From the NCBI GenBank assembly GCA_002269645.1, contig NIVC01001848.1, forward strand, positions 62,001 to 126,000: 64,000 bases of DNA. The letters run 5' to 3'. The notes beneath the pieces were generated by a model. It was not told where the DNA came from. It ran no database searches and worked only from the letters and a program-made list of their open reading frames with translations. Source of the DNA: Macrostomum lignano. Lineage: Eukaryota. Positions 22,682 to 34,600 of the stretch are shown here, one piece after another. Both the position numbers and the translations under genes were made by a program. How positions within the stretch are numbered: the first letter of the stretch is position 1; every line of letters starts with the position of its first letter.

Positions 22682-25600
22682 ATGGCGCTCGAGAAAGCAA
22701 GGGTAAATAATGTTTTACAAACGCGTCTTATCCAGTTAAAATTCGGTCAGTTAGTTTATGAATTCAAAACTAATCCGCAGATGCTCGAGACGCCAACCTT
22801 CAGCACGGGCTTCTCTAGGGGTCTTCCCACCCTGCGCCCGCTGCCTCAGTCCGAGGGCGCAGCGGCGGCGCCCTCCGCCCTGTACGAAATCGTCACCCGC
22901 AACAGCATGCATCCGCCGCTGATGAATCAGTTCAGCATGACTCGGGCGGCGCCATTTAAAGAGCAGAAGCACGCCAGAACGCCCAGCGAATCCATTGGCA
23001 ACAATTTCTCACCCGGCGCTCGCCATCTCAAAATCAAGAAGCTGCCCAGATCGCGCAGCAACCCGCCGGCAACCGGGGCCAGCCAGGAGTTCCCGGCGGC
23101 CAAGCGACGCAAACCGCAGGCCGCGGAAGACGACGAGGCATGGGTGGAGTCCGCCAGAGCCGCGGCCGGGGCGTCAGTCAGCAGGCCAATGTCGCCCATG
23201 GAGCAGCTGGACGTGATTCGCACTATCGAGGAGGAGGCGGCCAAGCTGGGCGGCGACCCGAGCGACCGGGATGTTGAGCGCTACGTCTATTACATCGACC
23301 GGGGCCTGCGCACGGACATGATCGCGCCGCTAGCCGACGAGCAGCGACGGCGCATCGTGTCGCTGATTCCGGAGAATTTGCTGGTCCAACTGGGGCCGAG
23401 CTTTGAGGTTAGTGAACAAAGTTTTTAAAATCTAGCTCAGGTGTGACGCAGAGAATTCACTTGCGAACGCAAGTAAATCTCTTGAATGGAATTGGAGGGC
23501 TTGTCGCCCAGTGCACGCTCTAATAAAAGCCTTTCTACTTAAGCCTCTCTGCATCTCCGGGGGCAAGCAGAAAGCATATGGCTTGTCATGAGATTCATGG
23601 TCATAAGGGCCAACACCCTTGGCACAGAAGTGCGCGCACTTCTTGACGGTACGTAGGAATGCGTACGTGTCCAGCGAAATGGGCACAACTGCCTGGGGGT
23701 CTACGAGTACGGTCGCCTTGATTTTTGGCAGTGCCTAAGAGCTCCATAATTGATTGAAAAAGCACCACAGGAATTGCTCATGGACCCTCTAGTAAGCGTT
23801 CGTTGAACTGGAGTGTCATCCTGGATGCGGGAAGGCTTAGAGATTTAAATGAACAGGCGAGCGTTGATTAACGCCTCCCTGGTTAGCGCAACAAACCCAA
23901 AGGCCTATCCAAAACACCAACGTCGTTCCACCATTGCAGGAGCTCGCGAACGAAGCCGACGCCGACTACGAGCTGGCGATGCGGAAGGCTATCCTGGACT
24001 ACATCCTGGTGGACGGTGACGAGCGCGAGCGGCTGTTCATCCAGCACACGCCGCAGCCGTACCCACAGCGGATAATCCGCGCCCCCGTGCCCTGGCACAA
24101 CAGCTACAGGCGCGCCAAGGAGCAGCAGGAGCGCCACCTGTTCACCACCAACCCCATCATGCTGGAGCTGCAGCGAATCTGGTTCGACGAATTCGCTTCG
24201 CTGCGCTTCATCGACACGCACGAGCTGGACGCCTGCGAGCTGCCGCTACTGCCCCGCGAATTTGAGGAGAAAGTGCAGAGCCTGTGCGCCAAGACGCATG
24301 AGGTGCTCAAAACCCGCTGGCTGCCGAGGTGCGCCAAGGCCTTCCAGGATCTTCACGATCAATGGAAGCATCTGCTGCCGCAAAAAGAAGCCGACTCAAC
24401 TGCTCTGGTGCAGTCCTTTTTTTCCTGCGTTGCTGCCCTGATGTCCGCTCAGCTGCGCTCGCTGGTTGTCAACTCCATTGAAGACTTTGTGGCCTTCCTG
24501 GAGCGCTACAGCGTGAGTTGCTGCTGCTGCCTACCTAATCCAACCCTATCAATCTACCTACCCACCTACCTATCTAATTACCGACCTACATACCTATCTA
24601 CCTACTGGTATAGGCGTGTAACCTCGCGGCTAAGCTACTGGTTTCTATACTAAGATTATTATCATTATTATCACTAAATTCTGCACCCAACAGGAAGGCA
24701 ATGACTTCGGTGAGAAATTTGATGACCTGCGCTTCGTGAAGGCTTCCATTCTAATTCTGAAGCTACGAATCGAGGAGCCAAAGATTGTGTTCGACCCGGC
24801 ATTCAAAGAGATCAAAGATTTGCTGATCCGCTGCATTGGCACCATCATTGGGGCGTCAGAGAATCTGCCAAGGGTGAGTCTGGTTTTGTCCGAACTCAAG
24901 GGTGCAAATTTTTTGTAATTTGCTTGTAATGCCGTTTTGTAGCTACATCGAAGCATGGTCTGGTGCTTCCGATTGGCTTTTCAACCTGACCTCTCTCCTC
25001 AATGGCGCACTCCACCCCTCCTTTATCTGCGCCCAACTCAACTCAACAAGTAAACTTGTGCCTAGGCCCTGCGTCCCAGTCAGTGATAGATCAGTTAAAA
25101 TATCAATTTTATTGCAGGTGGAAGTTCGCCTGTTCCCCGAGCTGGTCGGTCAGAAGCTGATGCTGCGCACTGTGCTCACCAACGAGCAGCTGGTGCACGA
25201 GTTCACGGACCGGGCCATGCAGGCGTTCACAGACAACACCAAGGGGCCGCAGAAGTACCTGTTCGAGTACAAGACCTACGGCGACCTCATCAACGGGAAA
25301 GGCGACGCGGACGTGCAAAACTTTCTCAAGGAGCGTCACAGCCTTTTGTCGTTGAAGAAGGTGAGTTTATTAGGCGTTGAATCTCTGTTGAACATTAAAC
25401 TCTTTTCGAAAACTGCCCCAACAAGCATCTCGAATTGTTAATACCTTCTTACCTTGGTTCTTTCAACAGCAACATGCAAAAGCAACACAGGATTTTGCAG
25501 TCAATTTTTACTAGGTAAAAATGAAATTGCAATGAAGTTCTCTCGTAGATCACACGAAAAACACTCGAGCTGTGAAGAAGATTCACGCAAATTCACACGA

Positions 25601-28600
25601 ATATTTGTCTTTTGGATGTTAAAAGTTCATAATAGCTGTTGTGACGCAGGCATGTCGTCTGCTAATATTATTGGTCTTGTGGATATTGGTGCACGAAGTC
25701 ACGCCGTTCTCGATGTTCGCTTGAAATATTATGCCAGCAGTAGCTTGTTTCGCACAGACGTACGTAAATTAATAATAAATGAATTCTATTTTGGGAAATC
25801 TTGGGACAAAAGTAGTACAGGTACTTGCAGGTAAACTTTGTTTTACTGTATGACATCAACTTATGACTAATAGGCAGTTATTTTAAACTGATGGTGTTAC
25901 ATCCGGCACCCGGGTATCAGCCCGCATTTTCTCGCGTGCGTCACCAACAGTAGCTGCTAGAACAAAGATTGCTTTCTTTCCTATGGTTTGCTTGTCTGTT
26001 AGATAGTTGCAGAGTTCAATTGTTAATAAGAGTTCTGTTTTGATCTACACCACATACTGACCGCAATCTCGCACTCTGGGCTTTATTTCTATATAGAAAA
26101 CGCCCAGGCCGTTCACCGACAGACAGCTCGACCAGTTTGAGCTCAGCGAAGAGGCGGCGCACAAGGTATCCCCCTTGCACACGACTGTAGCTGTGCTCAC
26201 CGTATTTAATACCAGCCTTACCCCTCTCTCCAGTAGCTCTGGCCGGCGGCTCTTTGGTAGTGTCAGGTTTTGAGTCACTTTGAGTCAAAGTCTGCGCTGC
26301 CAGCCGGTGCTATAAATCTGACGAACTTCTTCTATCCGAAATCTGCATGTACTTCTTCTACTCTCTTTCTGAGCCGCATGCGTACTTGGTGCAGAGTGGC
26401 ATGATCACGTGACCGCTTCTTGATTGGTCAACAGTCTGACGATTTGTAACTTTATTCACCAAGTAGTTTGACTTTCACTGTAACTTTTACTGTCCTTAAG
26501 TTTACCGTTTTTACTGATAATTTGATAATTCACTCTATTGGCTTGTGTTTTTGAATTGGTGCGAGAACTTTTCGTGTCTGTTGTTCAGACTCCAGATTCC
26601 GGCAAGTAATTTTTTTAGTTATAAAAATGAGTAAATGAATTCTAATTTGTCCGTCAACTTTTTTGTTTACTTAGATTACTATTACTTTCACTGAAAATTC
26701 CAATGAAAATAAAATGGAAGTATTCTGTTTAAGATTCATTGTGTTCATTGTGCGGGCTGGTCATAAAAAAATTGCGTCATCCGTGTTAGACTTAGACCAC
26801 TATTTAGTTCGATGTTGTACAACGATAAAACTTCGCCCGTGATAAAGAAACAGCACAAGACAAACCATCATGGCTGCTCGTTCAATAATCTTCCTTGCTC
26901 AGAAAATCGACGACTATCAGCAGCTGAAGTCGGAGGTGGCGGTGATGCGCATCACGGTGAGCCTGAACATGTTCACCCTCGACTGCGTGCAGCTCAACCA
27001 GGACCTGTGCGCCAGGGCGCAACGACTTCGCGACCAGCTGGTGCAGTTCGAGGTTGACGAAAATCGCGAACAGAATCGCAGGTGGGCGGACGGTGGACGA
27101 ATTTTGAAACCTCTGTAGTGTGCCTAAGCTTGTGTCTGTCTAAGCTTGTGTCTGTCCTAGTGTGTCTGTCTAAGCTTGTGTCTGTCCTAGTGTGTCTGTC
27201 TAAGCTTGTGTCTGTCCTAGTGTGTCTGTCTAAGCTTGTGTCTGTCCTAGTGTGTCTGTCTAAGCTTTGTCTGTCCTAGTGTGTCTGTCTAAGCTTGTGT
27301 CTGTCCTAGTGTGTCTGTCTAAGCTTGTGTCTGTCCTAGTGTGTCTGTCTAAGCTTGTGTCTGTCCTAGTGTGTCTGTCTAAGCTTGTGTCTGTACTGGT
27401 GTGTCTGTCTAAGCTTGTGTCTGTCCTAGTTTATCTGTCTAATGCCTGTCTCCGTTTGTGTGTCGAGGTGCCTGGTTGTTTGTCTGTCTTAGTATCCTAG
27501 TGCCTTACTGTCTTACTGTCAGTCAGTCTGTCTGTTATTAAACTATTTTGACTATTATATTTGTTCAGTCCATTCGTAACCCACATCGAAATCCTTGATC
27601 TGTAACATCCAGCACCTGCCGAAAATACGACGAAATCAGCGAGGAGGTCCGCTCAACACCCGAGACAACGGCGGAGCTGGTGCGGCTGCAGCAGTTCCTC
27701 ACCGAGAGCAGCGAGGTCACAGTCTACAAGCTGAAGGAGGAGATCAATGAAGCAGCGGCAAGGCTGATGTTTTTACTCGACTACGCAATTATGTCCCGTG
27801 AGTTTTGTAGTTGCAAAGATTCAGGCTTTGCTTCGGTTGATTACTCGTAGTTAAGTCTTAAAGATCTATTCTGGGGCTCAAGGAGCAACAGGGGGGGGGG
27901 GCGTAGCCCAGCGGTAGCGCAGCTGCTCTGGTGTGCCAGCGACCCAGGCTCGATTCCAAGTGCAGTCACATTAATTTGGGGCTGAATTGGAATCTCGGCT
28001 TGGCTCTGCTCGTGCAATTAATGGCCTTGAGAGCCAACCCCCCAAGGCGCAGTGAAGTGTACATGCCTAACGATAATATAAAGTTAGGGCCGCTGTACAC
28101 TCCTGTGTGAGTGTGTGCCTGCGTAAGTATCCGCACGCTTGTATGCCTGCTCAGGGGAGTCGGCGGAATGGGCAGTAATGCCTCTCGCCGGTTGTGTGCC
28201 AATGTCGCTTAATCTGCGCCAGGGTGCACACAACCCACCTGCCTCTAATAAAAATAATAATGAGCAACAGGGCAATATTTTAAATTGCTACTAAGCTTTC
28301 TTTGCTTAATGACTTGTTAATGACTGTCATACCTAACCCGAATTCGCAGCCGAGGACCTCAAGGTGAACAGCACTCTGTTCCTCGCGCCCGCGAACATCA
28401 CCACGGTGTTCGAGATGGCCACCGGCCGCCTGCAGAATCGTCGCGAAGCCGCCGAGGAAGATTTGAAGAAGCGCGTCGCTGCGTTCGGCGAAAAGATCGA
28501 CGGCTACTACAAAGAGATTGAGAGCTTCAAGAAGAAGGAAGTTATGCTACCGGACGAGATGGCCAAGAATGTTGAGCAGCTGACTAGGCTAGAGGTGGAT

Positions 28601-31600
28601 CTGGAGAACGCCCGGGAAGAGCTGGACGGCCTGAATGAGGAGGAGAAGCTGCTGGAATGGGAGCCCACCGCGTTCCCGACCCTGCGCACCATGTTCCAGA
28701 TGAAGCAGCCGTACGACAATCTGTGGAAGACTGCTCAGCAGATTCACCTCAAGAGCGAAGAGTGGCAGAAGGCAGATTTTACGACGTTGAGTTTTGAAGA
28801 GATTTCTAACGAGCTCAGTAACATGTTCTCATCGGCGACCAAGCTGATGAAGGTATTCAGCGACACGCCCGGCCCGCAGATGGTCGCCAACAAGGTGCGC
28901 CGCAATGTGGAGAAGTTCCGGCAGCACCTGCCAGTAATTGAAATCGTCTGCTCGCCAGGTCTGCGCAAGCGGCACTGGGAGCAGATGTCCGACATCGTAG
29001 GCTTCGATCTCAGCCCACCCGAGGGTGAGGAGACACCGCTATCGACCTTCCTAGACTACGATCTCAAGGACCACCTTGAGAGGCTCCTTGAGATTAGCAG
29101 TGGCGCCCAGAAGGAGCACACATTGGAGAGCAACTTAAAGAAGATGAAGGCAGAATGGAACGACCTCAGCTTCAGCCTAATTGACTACCGCGACTCAGGC
29201 GTGTCGATTCTCTCTTCTGTTGATGAGATCCAGTTGCTGCTGGACGACCACATCATGAAGGCGCAGACAATGCGCGGCTCACCCTTCATAAAACCGTTCG
29301 AAGAGGAGATGCGCGCCTGGGAGGAGAAGCTCATCTCCATGCAGGACATAATGGACGTCTGGCTCAAGGTGCAGTCCACGTGGCTCTACCTCGAACCCAT
29401 ATTCAGTTCGGAGGATATTCTGGCCCAGATGCCAGAAGAAGGGCGAAGATTTGGCATCGTAGACACGACCTGGAAGGAGATCATGAGTACCGCGGTGGAG
29501 GATCCGCGCTGCCTGACAGCCACGGACCAAAAAGACATGCTGAAGCGCCTCACAGATTCACACGAACTGCTGGAGCTAATCCAGAAGGGCCTCAATGAGT
29601 ACCTAGAAAAGAAGCGACTCTACTTTCCGCGCTTCTTCTTCCTGTCGAACGATGAACTGCTCGAGATCTTGTCCGAGACAAAGGATCCTACAAGGGTGCA
29701 GCCTCACCTTAAGAAGTGCTTCGAGGGAATCAGCCGTTTGGATTTCACAGAGCAGCAGGAAATCGTGGGCATGGTGTCCGCTGAAGGTGAAACTGTTCCG
29801 TTTGTGACAAAAATTCAGCCGCACAAAGCCAAAGGAATGGTGGAAAAGTGGCTTCTGCAAGTTGAGGACGTCATGATCAATTCCGTGCGCAAAGTGATCA
29901 TCGAATCGGTGATGGCGTATCCTAGCGACCTGAACTTCAAACCAAAGAATATGCAGCCACGCAGGCAGTGGGTGCTTGACTGGCCCGGCCAGGTCGTCCT
30001 CTGCGTTTCTTCCATTTACTGGACATCCGAGGTGGCGCAGGCCATGAAGTCGCAAGACGGCCTTGGGGAGTACCTGAAGAAGTGCAATTCTCAAATTGAA
30101 GAAATCGTGGAACTTGTCCGCAGCAAGCTGGCCAGCGGAGAGCGCATCACTCTCGGCGCCCTCACCGTTATCGACGTCCACGCTAGGGATGTGGTGCGTG
30201 AACTGACTGAGAAGGGAGTATCCTCGCCGAACGACTTCCTATGGCTGAGCCAGCTGCGCTACACATTTAATGGGAGTGACGTCACCGTGTGCCAGATAAC
30301 TACGGAACTAGCCTACGGCTATGAGTACCTTGGAAATACTCCCCGTCTGGTAATTACTCCCCTGACTGACCGCTGCTACCGGACCCTGATGAGCGCTCTG
30401 AAGCTGAACTTGGGTGGCGCACCGGAGGGACCGGCAGGAACTGGCAAAACAGAGACTAGCAAAGATTTAGCAAAGGCTGTGGCAAAACAATGCGTGGTGT
30501 TTAACTGCTCGGATGGTCTGGACTACAAAGCTATGGGAAAATTCTTCAAAGGTCTCGCTCAAGCCGGAGCATGGGCCTGTTTCGATGAGTTCAATCGAAT
30601 CGAGCTTGAGGTTCTGTCTGTGGTGGCTCAACAAATCCATTGCATTCAAGTGGCCATCGCCCAAGGCCTCAAGCGGTTTGTGTTCGAAGGAACGGAGCTG
30701 AGCCTCAACCCGACCTGCACCATGTTCATCACAATGAACCCAGGCTATGCTGGACGCCAAGAGTTGCCAGACAACTTGAAGGTTCTATTCCGCTCTGTGG
30801 CAATGATGGTGCCGGACTACGCTTTAATTGGCGAGATCTCACTCTACTCAATGGGATTTGTGGATGCGAGGGCCTTATCCAGCAAAATCGTAGCGACTTA
30901 CAAGCTGTGCAGCGAGCAGCTGTCATCCCAGCATCACTACGACTACGGAATGCGAGCTGTGAAATCAGTTCTGACAGCTGCTGGCAACCTGCGACAGAAG
31001 CTTCCAGACGAGGACGAGGCGGTTCTGCTCCTAAAAGCTATCAACGACGTGAACCTCCCTAAGTTCCTGGCCCAGGACATACCTCTCTTTGAGGGCATCA
31101 TCAGTGATCTGTTTCCGGGCGTCGAAATCGCCAAGCCAGATTACTCTGTCTTCTTTGACGCTATCAAAGATAACCTGGCCAAGAGAAAGCTGCAACCAGT
31201 GCCCTGGTTTCTTGAAAAGATTCTACAAGTTTACGAAATGATTCTTGTGCGCCACGGACTCATGATTGTTGGTGAGACGCTTGGTGGAAAGACCCAGGGC
31301 TACCAAGCCCTTGCAGATGCTCTATCCGACCTGAATAGCGCAAATCTAATGGAAGAGTTCAAGGTTGTGCACCGTATCATCAACCCGAAGGCCATTTCAA
31401 TGGGACAGTTGTATGGTCAGTTTGATCCAGTAAGTCACGAGTGGACAGACGGTGTCTTGGCTACGACATTCCGAGAGTTCGCGGTAGCGCAAAATGACCA
31501 CCGCCATTGGATTCTGTTCGATGGTCCTGTTGACGCAGTGTGGATTGAAAACATGAACACGGTGCTAGACGACAACAAGAAGCTTTGCCTTATGAGTGGC

Positions 31601-34600
31601 GAGATCATTCAGATGTCGAACAAGATGAATCTCATCTTTGAGCCAGCCGATCTGGAGCAGGCCAGCCCCGCCACCGTGTCCCGCTGCGGCATGATCTACC
31701 TGGAGCCGTCTCAGCTCGGTTGGCGGCCCTCGATGCAGTCCTACATGCAGCATGAGCTACCAAAGAACTTGACCGAAGAGCATCGCGAACTAATTACTGA
31801 CCTATTCGAGTGGCTGGTAGATCCTTGCTTGTCCTTCATTAAGCACAGCTGCCGAGTGTTGATTCGCCTAAGCGACATTCACTTGGTGCAGTCGTTTATG
31901 CGACTCTACTCGTGCCTCCTGGACGAGATCCGAGCGAACGCTAGGGACGGCAGCGAGCCAGTAGAAGAGGGCGCTGAGGCTGCTGGTGAAATGATTGGGG
32001 CTGGTGAGCTGTCGGATACGCAGGTGTTTCAATGGCTCCAGGGAATCTTCCTCTTTGCCTTCGTCTGGAGCGTTAGCGCCCATCTGAGTGGCGACGGTCG
32101 CAAGAAATTCGATCAGTTTTTCCGCAACCTCATCACCGGCACCAACGCCGACTTCCCCAAGCCGAAGTCGTGCAAGCTCACCAAGAGCAACATCTTCCCG
32201 GACCGCGGGAGCATTTACGATTTTTGCTTTGAGAAGAAAGCCAGCGGCGTTTGGATCGACTGGATGGACATCATCGATCGCAGCCTTCTTAGCATCCCCA
32301 AGGAAGCGAAAATTTCAGAAGTCGTAGTGCAAACATCCGACACTGCTCGGCAGACGTTTTTCTTGCGCACTTTTATGGGACACGGCGTGCCATGCATGTT
32401 TGTCGGACCCACTGGCACGGGCAAGTCGGCAATCTGCAATTCGTACATAGTCAGCCTGCCTAAAGAAAAGTACATACCTAACATGATCAACTTTTCGGCT
32501 AGGACGTCGGCTAACCAGACTCAAGATATCGTGATGTCAAAGCTGGACAGACGTCGCAAAGGTATCTACGGACCGCCGATGGGCAAGAAGTGCGTTCTAT
32601 TCGTTGATGATCTGAACATGCCGGCTAAGGAGAAGTACGGCGCTCAGCCGCCCATTGAGTTGCTTCGCCAGTGGATCGACCACGGACACTGGTTCGACCG
32701 TAAGGATACCAGCGCTTTCAAGCTGCAGGATGTGTTGTTCGTGACGGCAATGGGCCCTCCGGGTGGCGGACGCTCTGACATTACTAGCCGATTCACTCGC
32801 CACATGAACGTTATCGGAATCGACGAGTTCGATGACGCCACAATGAGCCGAATTTTTACTACGATCGCGGACTGGCACTTTTCGAAGGGCTTCGAAGGAG
32901 GTTTTCTGAGGCTGGGAAAACTCATGGTAACGGCAACTCTGCAGGTCTACAAAGAGGCGGTGGCGAATTTCCTGCCGACACCAACGAAGTCTCACTACGT
33001 TTTCAACCTGCGCGACTTTGCGCGCGTTGTCAGAGGCGTTCTGCTGGTCCCCGCCTCCCATATGACGGAGGAGGAGAAGCTGATGCGCCTTTGGGTGCAC
33101 GAAGTCTACCGCGTCTTCTACGATCGACTCATTGATCCGGAGGATCGCTTGAAGTTCTTCGACATTGTCAAGCAGACCTGCAGCGACGCGTTCCGCATGA
33201 ATGTGGAGAAGATCCTGGGTCATCTGACCCTCAGCGGCAAGGTTCAGGACGAGGATGTCCGGGCTCTTATCTTTGGCGACTACATGGCCGACTCTCGCAT
33301 CTATGACGAGGTTACAGATCTCAAGGCGCTGACTCTGCGTATGGAAGACCTGCTGGGAGAGTACAATGAGGTCAGCCGCACTCCGATGCGCCTGGTCATG
33401 TTCCAGTTTGCGATTGAGCACATATCGCGTGTCTGTCGCGTGCTCAAGCAAGACAACGGCCACGCCCTCCTGGTCGGCGTCGGCGGCAGTGGTCGGCAGA
33501 GCGCCGCCAAACTAGCGACGTCCATCTCGGACTACGCTATCTTCCAGATAGAAATCTCTAAGAACTATGGCAGCAACGAGTGGCGCGATGACCTCAAGAG
33601 GGTGCGTGTTACATTGGACAAATTCGTACCTGCAAACTTCTATTAGCCGGTTCCTCTGATTTTGTAATCTATAACTTTAGCCTCACGATTTTACATTCCA
33701 GCTAATGCGAGCCGCAGGCTGCGAAGCCAAGCCAACTGTGTTTCTGTTCTCCGACAACCAGATCAAACAGGAATCCTTCATGGAGGACATCAGCATGCTG
33801 CTGAACACTGGTGACGTGCCCAACCTTTACCCGTCTGATGAAAAGGCTGAAATTATTGAGAAAATGCAGCAAGCCGCTAGACAGGAGGTCAGTAAAATTG
33901 GCTGGCAAATGTATTGCTTGGTGAAGACTTGGTAGTTGTTTTGTTCTTGCTTTTGAAATTTGATTATAAAATATCCGTTCTCTGCCTGAATTTTTATAGG
34001 AACGGGATACGGTAAGCTTTACAAAAGATTTGCCAAGCTGAAGATGCACCGTTGTTGCATCCTCATCAATGTCCTCTGTTTGTAAATCTAGCTGTAACCT
34101 ACAGTTTTGTGTTCGTTTCCGAAGCTCTAATTTGTGTGACCGAAATGTTTGCGCATTTGTAAACAAGTAACCAAAGCCAATCCCTTTGTTCTGTTAAAGC
34201 TTCACTCACTGTTGATCGGTTCAATCTGACTGTATTGAGTACCGCGCGCTTTAGTAATTATAACTTTAATTGGCTGCTCTAAAATTAACCCCGAATTTAG
34301 CACAGTTGCTGAGTTGCCTAACATCAGTTTGTAGTGGCAATCCTTATTGAGAACGCTTTGTTTAAAAAATACTGTAAAACTGAGCTACAACCAAAAGCGT
34401 AGCATCCTGATTTTTAAAAAATCGCGCTTCGAATTTTTTTTGACTGAATAATGGAAAGTGCAAAAGTTTGAGTATGATTGGCACAGAGTTCGTGCTGCAG
34501 ATTGAGCTATTGTACAAGATAATACTTACTCCCAGAGCTCCTATTTTGAACTTTCAGGGCCGGAAAATAGAAGCCACGCCGTTGGCTATGTACAACTACT

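Noticed and set aside
23432-23880. Minus-strand 84-aa ORF in dynein intron 2
   Set aside because: No recognisable motif or element boundaries.
27894-27965. tRNA gene (also 10588-10655, 47055-47124, 47760-47830)
   Set aside because: The cloverleafs are incomplete and each continues into a shared non-tRNA body, so these are SINE heads, not tRNA genes.
29185-33525. Numerous minus-strand ORFs up to 288 aa within the dynein exon
   Set aside because: Antisense open frames are expected from biased codon usage in a long GC-rich exon.
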